Part shown: positions 1 through 11,351 of the stretch, piece by piece
Position numbering within the stretch: the first letter of the stretch is position 1
Layout of the letters: every line of letters begins with the position of its first letter
Assembly: GCF_004010195.1 (NCBI RefSeq)
Contig: NC_057753.1
Coordinates: 7,066,273-7,107,598 of the forward strand
Length of the DNA stretch: 41,326 nucleotides
Direction of reading: 5' to 3'
DNA from: Chiloscyllium plagiosum
Lineage: Eukaryota
Made by a program: the position numbers and the translations under genes
The notes under the pieces: generated by a model
Databases searched by the model: none
Told to the model about the DNA's origin: nothing
The model's input: the letters and a program-made list of their open reading frames with translations, nothing else

Positions 1-129
1 CAACGACAAAATAGCCTTATTAAAGTAACAGCATCATCCCAATTAGAAATCACGTTTGTTTTAATTAGTGACAAAGCCTATGGAATTATACTTGTTAAAT
101 AGTACATTAGCGGCACAAATTAGCCGATT

Positions 130-1330
130 CATAGAACATAGAACATAGAACAGTACAGCACAGAACAGGCCCTTCAGCCCACGATGTTGTGCCGACCACT
201 GATCCTCATGTATACACCCTCAAATTTCTGTGACCATATGCATGTCCAGTAGTCTCTTAAATGTCCCCAATTACCGTGCTTCCACAAATGCTGCTGGCAA
301 GACATTCCATGCTCTCACAACTCTCTGTGTAAAGAACTCGCCTCTGACATCCCCTCTATACTTTCCTCCAACCAGCTTAAAACTATGACCCATCTTTTAG
401 TCATTTCTGCCCTGGGAAATAGTCTCTGGCTATTGACTCCATCTATGCCTCTCATTATCTTGTATACCTCAATTGGGTCCCCTCTCCTCCTCCTTTTCTC
501 CAATGAAAAACGTCCGAGCTCAGTCAACCTAGCTTCATACGATAAGCCCTCCAGTCCAGACAGCATCCTCTGAACCCTTTCCAAAGCATCCACATCTTTC
601 CGATAATCGGGTGACCAGAACTGGATGCAGTATTCCAAGTGCGGTCTAACCAAAGTTTTATAGAGCTGCAACAAGATCTCACGACTCTTAAACTCAATAC
701 CCCTGTTAATGAAAGCCAAAACACCATATGCTTTCTTAACAACCCTGTCCACTTGGGTGTCCATTTTAAGGGATAAATGTACCTGCACACCAAGATCCCT
801 CTGTTCCTCCACACTGCCAATAATCCTATCCTTAATCCTGTACTCAGCTTTCAAATTCGACCTTCCAAAATGCATCACCTCGCATTTATCCAGGTTAAAC
901 TCCGTCTGCCATCTCTCAGCCCATCTCTGCATCCTGTCAATATCCCGCTGCAGCCTACAACAGCCCTCTATACTGTCAATGACACCTCCAACCTTTGTGT
1001 CGTCTGCAAACTTGCTGAACCATCCTTCAATCCCTTCATCCATGTCATTAATATAAATTACAAACAGAAGAGGCCCAAGGACAGAGCCCTGTGTAACACC
1101 ACTCACCACAGACTTCCAGGCAGAATATTTTCCTTCTACTACCACTCGCTGTCTTCTGTTGGCCAGCCAATTCTGTATCCAGACAGCTAAGTTCCCTTGT
1201 ATCCCATTCCTCCTGACCATCTGAATGAGCCTACCATGGGGAACCTTATCAAATGCCTTGCTGAAGTCCATATACACCACATCCACAGCTCGACCCTCAT
1301 AAACTTTTCTAGTCACATCCTCAAAGAACT
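130..1330 (-). mobile_element. CR1-clade (HER1-like) LINE, 5'-truncated, RT C-terminal half plus 3' tail
   Basis: ORF 315..1316 has YMDFSKAFDKVPH, GVTQGSVLGPLLF, FADDTK and RPHLEYC motifs. A (CATAGAA)n tail lies at ~130-150. Confidence 0.95.
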
Positions 1331-1974
1331 ATTCAGCTTTTTATCTTACCTAACATGCTGGGCAAGGTAGACATGGAGGATTTTCGACAACGCAACTAAC
1401 AGGAATCACCTGTTGACCTCAACTCTCTTCTGGCCCTGAAAGGCCACCTCGATGAACAAAAGTCACCAAGGTCTCATGGCACGGTCCATGCGTACTTCTG
1501 CACACAACGCCATTTCTCCAAACTTGAGCATTCATACAATGACAACCTGAAAGAATTCACAGGACACTTTTCCAATTTGCTTAAATCATGCTTCTCTTGT
1601 AGTTTGTTGCATGCAAATTGCTCCAGCAAAGAAGACATTGCACTGGAGGAAATGCATCGAGCTCATGACTTGAACCAGGTTAAAACCCCGAGTCCTTCGT
1701 TCATTGTCGTACACAATGCCAATATTTCACTGACATCACTGCTTCCCCCTTCAATCAAAAACATTTTACGCATAAGACTTGCCTTGGTGCTTTGGATTCT
1801 TGTTGGTGTTTCAGCAGACTTCATTCCAGGTGGAGAGTTTTTGCGCAGGAACTACCAGGAAAGTAAGTCAAGAACAGCCTCTGATATTTGTCCAAAGGAT
1901 TGGGAACAGTCAGCCAGTCACTCAAGATGTCCCGAGACAGTATGTACTCCAAAATAATGAGGTTACAGCCAACT

Positions 1975-2095
1975 GTTGTATGTCAAATGATGTCGCTGGA
2001 AAGGTCAGCATTTGCTGCCCATATCTACTTGTCCTTAAAACGAGGATCACCCTTAGCTATTTCATGGGACAGATAAGACTCTTAAAAACACAAAA
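1975..2095 (-). mobile_element. SacSINE1/DeuSINE-like SINE 3' fragment
   Basis: gtcgctggaaaggtcagcatttgctgccc...gggacagataagactc resembles the common elasmobranch SINE tail (recognised from memory). Confidence 0.5.
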
Positions 2096-2096
2096 T

Positions 2097-2510
2097 CTAT
2101 TTCCTGAATACATTCAATGACGTGGCTGCCATTGCCTGTTTTAGTAAAGAATGCCGCATGTTCACTGTTGCCTGACTGAAGAAATGTTCCCTCAGCTCCG
2201 TCGTACCACATATCCTCAAATTTTGACATCTTGCAATAGACTTGTCAAACAGGGGAAGTAGTCTCCTTGCATCAAGCCCGCCCAGCAACTTTAGAAAGTT
2301 TTGTATTTTTCAATGTGATCATCTCTCACCCTTCTGAACTGTTCTGAATATATGGTCAGTCAAATCAATCTCTCCCATTGAACAGTTTTGCCATCTCTGG
2401 TGTCAGCCTTGTGAACCTCCACTGCACTTCCTACTTGGCAAGTATAACCTCTTTCAGATAGGAAGACCAAAACCGCAATTTATGGTCTGGCAAAGGCCTT
2501 GTAACATTGC
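2097..2510 (-). mobile_element. Old CR1 LINE 3' fragment
   Basis: ORF 2097..2288 (GLDARRLLPL...HFFSQATVNMRHSL) resembles the CR1 ORF2 C-terminus. Confidence 0.75.
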
Positions 2511-4314
2511 CATAAGGAACAGCAGTTTCCTTTACAGATCATGGCCAGGACGAATAAAAACGTTCAGTTGACAGTTACCAATTCGTGGTTTGTGACAACG
2601 TAACATGGAGGTATATCCAGCTTAAAACCTGAAGCTTCACATTTTGTTTGAAAGAAGTGGGTTGGAATTCAAATATTCCAGTCATAAGCTGTCTACCCAC
2701 CACAGCGTCATTTAGGTTCATGTACCTGTTGAATATCTCTTCACTGATGGATCTCGTAAAAACGAGAGCCATAGAATCATAACGCATTAAAATCGACCCT
2801 TGGGTCCAACTAGTCCATGCCAGCAATGTTACCAAACTAAATTCGTTTCGCATGTTGCATTTCATCCATAAATACAAGGCATCGATTTACTTGAATTTAA
2901 ATTCTGCCTTCCATTCCTAGGTTCGTTGGCTGTACATAGCTGGTCACAAAGTATCTGAAAAAAACGTCAGGCCTGTAATTATTGGATTTGCGATGTGAGA
3001 CAGTAATACATTAATGTGTACTGTAATATGGAGAACAGTGACTTGTAGAACAGCAGCAATGTGTGAAGTTATTGCGGATTGTGATCTACCAATGAAACCG
3101 AATGATAAAATGATGCAATGCGAACATCACGCATCTACAATTTCAGTTAGATGCAAAGAAAACTGGCAACAACGCAACGTAACTAATTCAAAGACTTTGA
3201 CTTGTACCCATCCTAGTAACAGAACAAGATTTTCAGCGCTTTGCTGAAAATACCCAGACAAATGAGAATGATTATTTCACAGCGTATGGCTGTCTTTCAG
3301 AAAAATACCATTGTGACGAGTATTATAGATTAAGTGAGTCCAATTTAGCACATACCAAGGAAACCGTTCTGCCAGCCCAATATCTAGCTTGAAAGTTAAA
3401 TGAAAATAGCTTGCAAAGATGGCAGTATACAGTACTGAAGAAAATGAGCACTTAAAGTTCCGATTAGCCGCCATGACAGAAGTGAAAAATCCTACAACCA
3501 TGAGGGAGTCTGTGTATATTCAAAGGCTTTTTCTAAGTCTTTAAACATCTGCCCTATCTCGACCATAGTTGAAGTGTTACAGCAAAATGTTAAGTTTGCT
3601 ATGAAAGATGGATAGTGGGAAGTCAATGTCGATGAAAGCAGACGCTTTCTGAACTCACATTTGTCACTACTCGGGAATACAAATGAATGCATGTTTTCTT
3701 TGACATTCCCACTGTTCTGGAACGGTACTATGAAATAACGAATGATCAACCAGAGTGGAAATGATTCATCAATGATCTTTTAGTTCCTGGATTTAAAAAC
3801 ACAATGCAAACGGGTTGCGGTAGACAATGAACCTGACGATAACTGATTAAAATGCATAAATGAACGATGAACCAAACAACGAATGTAAGTATTGCATTGA
3901 ATTGCTTAAATTGTGAGCAAACCAGAAAAGGCTCTAATTTTCAGTCTAAGAAGACGAACATCCATGCAGGCTGACTACAAAGGACGTTCACTGGTACAAT
4001 GTCGTCTACACAACTTTCCTCAAATTGTCACCACTCATTTTAATGAGCACTGCAAAAGATTAAGACAGAATCAAACGAAAAAAGACAAAGTCGGAGTTTG
4101 CGGTGAAACCTCCACCTTCTCACTTTGTTTGTGTCATGCCTATTATAGAAATTTAACAAATTATCAACGTGCTGGAATTATTCCACACGTCAATTAGTTT
4201 TTGGTCTTTTCCTTACCACAGAAGTCGGCAAGGTATCTCCATGCTCAGTGCGTGCTTGTGGTCAATTTGACTTTCTTTGCATCAGAAGGAAGAACTGCAG
4301 ATAAAATAAGCAAC

Positions 4315-4790
4315 ATGATGCAAAGGGCATTTATCAGGAAGTTGGCTGGGCGGCAGAATTTTAGTTATGAAGAGGGACTGGGTAAGCTGAGCTTGATTCA
4401 CTTTGGAATAGAGGAGATTGAGAGAGGATATTGGTGAGACGTATAAAATTATGAGTAGTATGAATAGGGTGGAAATTAACTTTATTCTGCTAACTGGGGA
4501 GATCAATGACAAGGGACATAGATTTAAGCTTGGGGCAGGAGGATTCAAGACGATGTAAGCAACAATGTTTGCTCCCAGATTTTAGTGGGAATATGGAACG
4601 CATTGCCTGTAAGGATGATTTTGACAGACACCTTCATAAGCAGTGATTCGATGTGTCCTTGTGACCAAAGCATAACGGTCTATGGGCTAAGTCCTCGGAA
4701 ATGGGATTAAAATCGATAGCTTCTTATTTGTAAATGATACAGGTGCTCTTGATGAAGGGCCTTTTTTCACTGTTATGGATTTCTGTCAGT
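4315..4790 (+). mobile_element. Old CR1 LINE 3' fragment
   Basis: Degenerate QRAFIRKL...SYEEGLGKL, then a GDLIEVYKIM-like segment and a CR1-type 3' UTR. Confidence 0.8.
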
Positions 4791-5779
4791 CTAAATCTGT
4801 TATTACTCTTGTATTGTTGAGCAGAGACTAGGATGAGAACTGTGCTCTTCCTTGTTTTAGTGTATCTCAAGGGTTATGAATGATTTATTAAGTAAGGCAA
4901 ATTTGAACCTTTACCTGGAAAGTCTTTCAACTCAAGTGTTCATCTGACATCCTTTTTATCATCACGATTTGGCTGTATTTCCATCAGGAACACATGTGCC
5001 TTCTGGACAATCAATATAGGTAGCACAGAATTTTCATCTCTGTGAGCGGAGAGGAACAGCAATAAACCACGCACCTCTTCAGCATTATTCTGCAAGTGCC
5101 AGCACCGCCTTCCCCTCCACAAAACACACAAACAGCCATCTACACGGTTTCCGTATTTTTTTTTTCATTTAGAAACCTGTCATACTGTCCACAAGTATGC
5201 TGAATTTATGAACGTCCGCAGCCCTCTGGGTCAGCGAATACATAACATTCATAACGCGGTGTACAAAGAAAGAAAAGCCCTTCATCTTGTTCTTACGTGA
5301 CTTAAATGATTATGCTTATTTCCACGATTTTGATACTTCAACCTTGCCTGGACAGCTTAGCGCAGCAGTGAACACAGGGATGATTTGAAGTTGTGATCCC
5401 ATGTCACATCGCTACAAGTTTCTACATCAAAGAACAGGCGAAGTGAAGCTCAGAAAGTACACGCTTTGAAAATGCGGCCGAATATTTGCAACAATGGCTT
5501 CCAACATTAGACAGAAGTTCGCTGAAGAGGTCCAATGACATTTAATGAATTCTGCTTTTATTAAGATACCATTGTACCAAGATAATCTGATAGATAACTA
5601 CTCACAGAATGCTCGAGGTGGTGATCAAGTCAGTTTTAGCATAGGTCACACGCATTTATCTGTTTTGCATTTCGTTTTTACATCTCGATCAACTCACATC
5701 AGGTGTTCCCAATTACCCTCATGATTCTGAGTCGTGTGGCAGTCATAATCTAAAGGTTATGCAACAGTTATGGTTTGAT

Positions 5780-6000
5780 AGAATCCTTGAATGCTTTGGT
5801 ATCTCACGTGCACATCTAGATACTTCCAAACTGCTATGAATGCCTTTTCTACACTTTCAGGCAGTAGGTTCCACGCTTCCACTATCCTTTGAGTGATTCT
5901 TTTCCTTCAAAAGTCCGATAACCCGCTTGTTACTTGTTTTCTGTCATACCTCACCAAATAGAATACTTCTTTCCTGACTTTGCTGTATATTTCGCATCAT
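5780..6000 (-). mobile_element. Very degenerate CR1 3' fragment
   Basis: tcaggcagtaggttccacgcttccactatcc is the reverse complement of the CR1 'RVV..WN.LP' segment. Confidence 0.5.
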
Positions 6001-6084
6001 TTTTAAATGTAAACGCCTTGGTCATGTACCAGCCACAAACATTCAGCTCGACAGAAATCATTAATTCTCGGACGTGTGGAAACC

Positions 6085-6143
6085 ATGGATTTCGCACTTG
6101 AAACAAAAATGTTATCTGATTCTTGTGGTTATTTGCATTCCAG
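6085..6143 (+). pseudogene. Orphan first coding exon (hydrophobic N-terminus), frameshifted
   Basis: Kozak-like AACCATGG at 6085 and a strong donor CAG|GTGAGT at 6143/6144. Removing one A from the A-run gives MDFALETKCYLILVVICIP ending in phase 1. Confidence 0.5.
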
Positions 6144-6414
6144 GTGAGTTTTTTGAGTGAGTGCTATTTTTATGCTAATAATATTGTGTAAAGAACCATT
6201 AGCCAATATCAGTATTGTATAGCAAAGTGTTACCACAGCAAAATCAACGGTTTGTGGACACTTTCCACATTTTCTACTTGCTGAAAACATTACTGGTGTA
6301 ATAACGATGTAATATAAATGTCCTCTGCAACTCTCTTTTTCCTTAATCCTCACACAGTTCTACTACTCTAGACAGAATAACAACGTATTGGCAAGACATG
6401 GTATTTCAATGGTT

Positions 6415-6498
6415 AGAGTCGAGAGTGTGGTTCTGGAAAAGCACAGCAGGTCAGGCAGCATCGGAGGAGAAGGAGAATCGACGTTTCGAACAGGAGTC
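6415..6498 (-). mobile_element. Penelope-like terminal repeat fragment
   Basis: gagagtgtggttctggaaaagcacagcaggtcaggcagcatc...gaatcgacgtttcg is the reverse complement of the sequence at 20825-20895. Confidence 0.7.
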
Positions 6499-6514
6499 TG
6501 TCCTTACTTTGTCC

Positions 6515-6852
6515 GAGGTCAGTGGTTAGCACCGCTGCCTCACAGTGTCAAGGACCTGAGCATGATTCCGTCTTCGGGGACTGCCTGTATGGACTTTGTA
6601 CTTTCTCCCCCTCTCTGTGTGAGTTTCTGCTGGTTCCTCTCGTTGCTTCCTACAGGTTAAAACTGTGTTAGATGTATTGGCCATGCTAAATTGCTGACAG
6701 AGTTCAGGCTGTGAAGCATAGCTGCGCCATCCATCAGATATCCAGAGGGCAATGAATGCTAACGGGTGAGGGGCTGTCTGGGCTTCTCTTTGGAGGGTCG
6801 GTGCGCGCTTGTTGGAACAAATGCCCTGTTTTTGCATTTTAGTGATTCTATG
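6515..6852 (+). mobile_element. HE1-type tRNA-derived SINE (V-SINE)
   Basis: tRNA-like head (cagtggttagcaccgctgcctcacag...gattcc), V-domain-like centre and a CR1-like tail ending gattctatga. Confidence 0.8.
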
Positions 6853-6964
6853 AATAGCATGGCATGTTTTCTAAAATTGTTTTGAAGCATCTTCACGTGT
6901 ATTTCAGTCGTACTTTGGTATGTTGATATAACACTGAGGGGTGATGATGGAGAAGTGATATATT

Positions 6965-7050
6965 TTCTGGAATAATAATGCAGGGACCCAGATGATGTTC
7001 AGGACACCTGCATTCGAATCCCACCACAGTCGGTGGTGGAATTTGAATTT
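6965..7050 (+). mobile_element. SacSINE1-like SINE head fragment
   Basis: B-box-like cattcgaatcccaccacag...ggtggaatttgaattt. Confidence 0.55.
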
Positions 7051-7370
7051 CAGTAAAATGTAGAGTTAATTCAATGCACACACACACATAAAAGTCTACG
7101 TGTTGAACTTGCATTTGTAGAATTGTAGATAAATTCTGTTCTCCTCAGAAAGGCCACAATTCTGTAGGCAGTCTTTTTTTTTTATAAAGCACGTGACAAT
7201 TTCTAAATTTTTACTTTTGAAATAGAACAAGTCTGACTCAAGATTGGAATAGATACAGACTCTAAACTCACACCTTTAATGCATTGTCTGAGCTGACATG
7301 TCACTTCTTTAAAAATGAAACATTAAGTTATCTTGGAAATGTAACTTGAAAGAAGCTCTTAAAGTTGTAT

Positions 7371-10300
7371 ATAGAACATAGAAATGTCCAGCACAAAACA
7401 GGTCCTTTGGCCCACGATGTTTTGCGAAGGATTAATCCTAATGTAAAATAAAATAACTTGACCTATGCACCCCTCAACTCACTGATATCCATTTGCATGG
7501 CTAGCAATCGCTAAAATGTCCCTAATGACACTGCTTCCGCCACCACCACTGGCAACGCATTCCATGCATTCACAACTCTCTGTGTAAGGAAACGTCTACT
7601 GACGTCCCCTCTACACCCTTCTCCTAACATCTTAATTCTATGACCTCTCGTGCCAGTAAATCCTGCCATAAGGAAAGGTCTATGTCTATTGACTCCATAC
7701 TTTCCTCTCATTATCCAGAGGTGACCTCACCAGGGACATATAGAGCTGTGGCAAAACCTCGCAGTGCGTGAAATCGATCCCTCTGTTAATGAAAACCAAA
7801 ACACCATATGATTTCTTGACAACACTGTCCACTTGGGTGGCAATTGTGAAGGATCAATATACTTCAACAGCAAGATCCCTCCGTTCCTTCACACTGCCAT
7901 GAATCCTTTCTTTAATCCTATATTCATCATTTGAGGTCGACCTTCCAAAATGCCTCACTTCGCATTTATCCAGATTGAACTCCATCTGCCATTTCTCAGC
8001 CCATCTATGCATCCCATCTATGTCACTCTGCAGCCTGCAGTAGCCATCCATACTATCAACGCCACCTCCAATCTTTGTGTCATCTGCAAATTTAATCACC
8101 CGCATCTCAACGCCCTCTTCCAAATCATTTACAGAAACTACAAAGAGGAGAGGCCCAAGAACAGATCCCTGAGACATTCCACTCGACACCGAACTCCACG
8201 CAGAATACTTTCCAACTACAACCACTCTCTGCCTTCTATCAGCCACCAATTCTGAATCCAGATAGACAAACCTCCATGCATTCCATACTTCCTGACTTTA
8301 TGAATGAGCCTACCATGGGGAACCTTATCAAATGCCTTGCTGAAGTCCATATACGCCACATCCACTGCTCGACATTCGTCGACCTGTCTTGTCACCTCCT
8401 CAAAGAACTCAATAACATTTGTGAGGCACAAAGAAGAACAACATTCGCCTCCTTCCAATCCTCCTGTACGACTCCCGTGGTGGGTGAGGAGGCAAAGACC
8501 TTTGCCAACGGCTTAGAAACCTTCTTTCTCTCTTCCAGGAGCAGCCTAACTTAAATCTGGTCTGGCCATTGGGATTTATCAATCTTAATGTTTGCCAAAA
8601 TTTCCAGCACATCAACTTCATCGATCATGATCTGTTCAAGCCTGTTTCCCAGCTCCGCAAAGTTGTCATTCACAACAAGATCATTTTACTTGGTGAATAC
8701 CGAAGCAAACAACTCATTTAGGGATTCCCCCATCTGCTTAGACTCCAAGCACAAGCTCCCTACGCTATCTCTGATCATTCTCTTATTCCTAACGTATGAG
8801 TAAAATGCCTTTGGATACTTTTGAATCTTTCTTGCCAAGCCTTTTTCGTGCCCCCTTCTGGTTCTCCTCCGTCCACTTCTGAGCTCCTATCTAGAAAGTC
8901 TGTAATCCTCTAAAGCTCTGTTTGATCCTTGCTTCCCCCATCTTACATCAGCTGCCTTCTTCCTTTTGACGAGAAGTTCCTCTGTTCTCGTCATTCAAGG
9001 TTACTTAATCTTACCCCGTTTTACCTGTCTCAGAGGAACAAATTCGTGCATCATTCGCAACAACTGCTCCTTAAATAGTCTCCACATGTATGTTCCGCCC
9101 TATCTGTGGACTAATTGTTCCTAGTCTGTAATCCCAACTCTTGTCTGATATCGTAATAATTGCCTTCTCCCCAATGAAATGTCTTCCCTCGTTAACTGCT
9201 GTGATCACTTTCACCAAAGTGTTCTCCCACTGCGAGATCTGCCACCTGTCCTGGATCAGTGCCAAGCACCAAATCAAAAATGGCCTCTCTTCTCGTCAGT
9301 CTGACTGCACACTGAGTAAGTAACCCCGCCTGAACACACCTGACAAAACCGGTTCCATCCAAAACATCTGCACTTAGTAGGTTTCTGTCGATATTAGGAA
9401 AGTTGAAATCACACATAACAATAATTCCGCTACAAATGGGTTTTTCCAGAATCTGCCCGCCTATGAGTTCTTCAATCTCTCTACTGTTATTAGGAGATCT
9501 GTAGAAAATCCCCAATGAGGGGACTGCTCCCTTTCTGTTCCTAACTTCCACCCATTTTTACTCAGCAGTCAAATCTTCCTCAACAACCTCCGTTTCTGTA
9601 GCTGTGATGCACTCTAATTAGCAATGCTGCACCCCCTCCTCTTTTTTCATGCTCCCTGTTATTTCTAAATGTTCTAACCCCTGGAACATCAACCAACCAT
9701 TCCTGCCCCTGTGAAACCCACGTCTCCATTATGGCCACAACGTCGTAGCCCCAAGTATTGATCCATGCTCGAAGTTCTTCACTCTTATTTCTGACACTCC
9801 TTGCTTTAAAGCAGACACACCTTAACTGATATCTTTGTTTTATCATGTGAGAAAACTTCCCGATAGATTCACTACATCCTGTCACTGCCCCATCTGCAAC
9901 TGCCCCACTCTCAGATGTGTGGCTCTGATTCCCACCCCCTCCCAAACTAGGTTAAACCCTCCAGAATCACACGAGAAAATCTCCCACCCAGGGCATTTGT
10001 GCCCCTCCAGTTCAGGTACAAGCAGTCCTTCATGTACAGGACCAACCTTCCCCAGAAAGTATCCCAATGGTCTAGGTATCTGAAGCCCTCTCTCCTGCAC
10101 CAGTCTCGCAGCCAAGTGTTAAGCTGCATTCGCTGAGTGTTTCTCACCTCACTATGAGTTTGTTGGAGTAGCAGAAAGCATAAAGGACTGTCAGAGAATA
10201 CAGGAGGATATGGATAGACTGGAGAGTTTGGCGGAAAAGTGGCAGATGGTTTTCAAACCAGAAAAATGTGAGGTGATGCATTTAGGTAAGACTAATTCTA

Positions 10301-11260
10301 GAGCAAATTATACAATGAATGGAAGAGCCTTGGGAAAGGTTGATGGGCAGAGAGATCTGGAAACGCCGGCCCATTGTATACTGAAGGTTGCTGCATAGGT
10401 GGATAGAGTGGTCAAGACGGCATATAGTATGCTTGCCTTCATTGGACGGAGTATTGACTATACGAGCTGGCAAATCATGTTAAAATTGTACAAAACATTG
10501 GTTCGGTAGCATTTAGAATACTGTTTACAGTTCTGGTCGCCAAAGGATGTGGACGTTTTGGAGAGGTGCAGAGAAGGTTAACGAGGATGCTGCCTGGTAT
10601 GGAAGGTGCTAGCTATGAAGAAAAGTTGAGTAGGTTAGGTTCATTTGCATTAGAGTAAAGGAGATTGAGGGGGAACCTGATTGGTTTACAAAATCATGCA
10701 GGGCAGAGACAGGGTGGATAGAGACAAGGATTGAGTAACGAGAGGTCAGGCTTTCAAGGTGAGAGGTGGAAATTTTAAGGGGGATACATGCAGTAAATAC
10801 TTCACACAGAGAGTGGTGGGCGTTTGGAACGCGTTGCTAGCAGAGGCGGTAGAGGCAGGCACGGTCGATTCATTTAAGATGCGTCTGGACAAATGCATGA
10901 GTAGGTGGGGAGCAGAGGGATACAGATGTTTAATAATTGACCGACAAGTGTGGATAGTACCTATGCATCTGCCAGGCTTGGAGAGCCGAAGGGCCTCTTC
11001 CTGGGCTTTGTTCTTTGTGCTTTGTTCTTTGCTATCTCGTGGCATCAGTAGTAAAACTGAGGTCACTACTCTACTCGTCTTGCTGTTCAGCTTCTAACCT
11101 AAATCTCTGTAGTCACTTCTCCGATCCTCAATCCCTTTCCTGGCTGCGTCATTGGTGCCAATATGTACCAGGATTTCTGTCTGCTCATCCTACCCCTTCA
11201 GAATCCTGTGAACCAGATCGGTGACATCCTGGATTCTGGCACCGGGGACGCAACATACCT
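7371..11260 (-). mobile_element. Long degenerate CR1 LINE (ORF1 esterase, APE endonuclease, RT), interrupted by another CR1
   Basis: RT motifs at 7854-8458; endonuclease (ARSVRNK..ELRAWI..WGYDVVAIMETW) at ~9700-9830. SGNH-type ORF1 lies at 9947-10147 (WCRREGFRYLDHW) and resumes at 11030-11260 (PGARIQDV, GTND). The tail is at 7371. Confidence 0.92.
10155..11030 (+). mobile_element. 5'-truncated CR1 LINE inserted into ORF1 of the minus-strand CR1
   Basis: KWQMVFKPEKCEVMHLG and YFTQRVVGVWNAL motifs, with a tail ending ttgttctttgtgctttgttctttg. Confidence 0.9.
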
Positions 11261-11351
11261 TCCAGACTGTTTGCATCTCATTTTGTTTTCGAGAGATTTG
11301 GAAAATTCACAGACTTGACACTGATATTTTGGTTTTGTTGCTTCCAATTTC

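Larger units (their letters stand above)
1350..5037 (-). pseudogene. Six-exon decayed gene for an unidentified, probably secreted or membrane protein; continues beyond left edge
   Basis: Candidate exons are 5037-4915, 4294-4217, 3727-3281, 2725-2579, 1995(or ~1947)-1783 and 1546-1350. They have AG acceptors and GT donors (one GC), with junction phases 1,1,2,2,2 that chain into one frame. The frame carries in-frame TGA/TAG stops and two inferred 1-nt deletions. Confidence 0.7.

Noticed and set aside
1350..5037. Selenoprotein interpretation of the multiple in-frame TGA codons
   Set aside because: The frame also has a TAG and frameshifts, and the TGAs fit CGA->TGA decay; no SECIS was identified.
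6515..6590. tRNA gene
   Set aside because: It is the degenerate tRNA-derived head of an HE1-type SINE.
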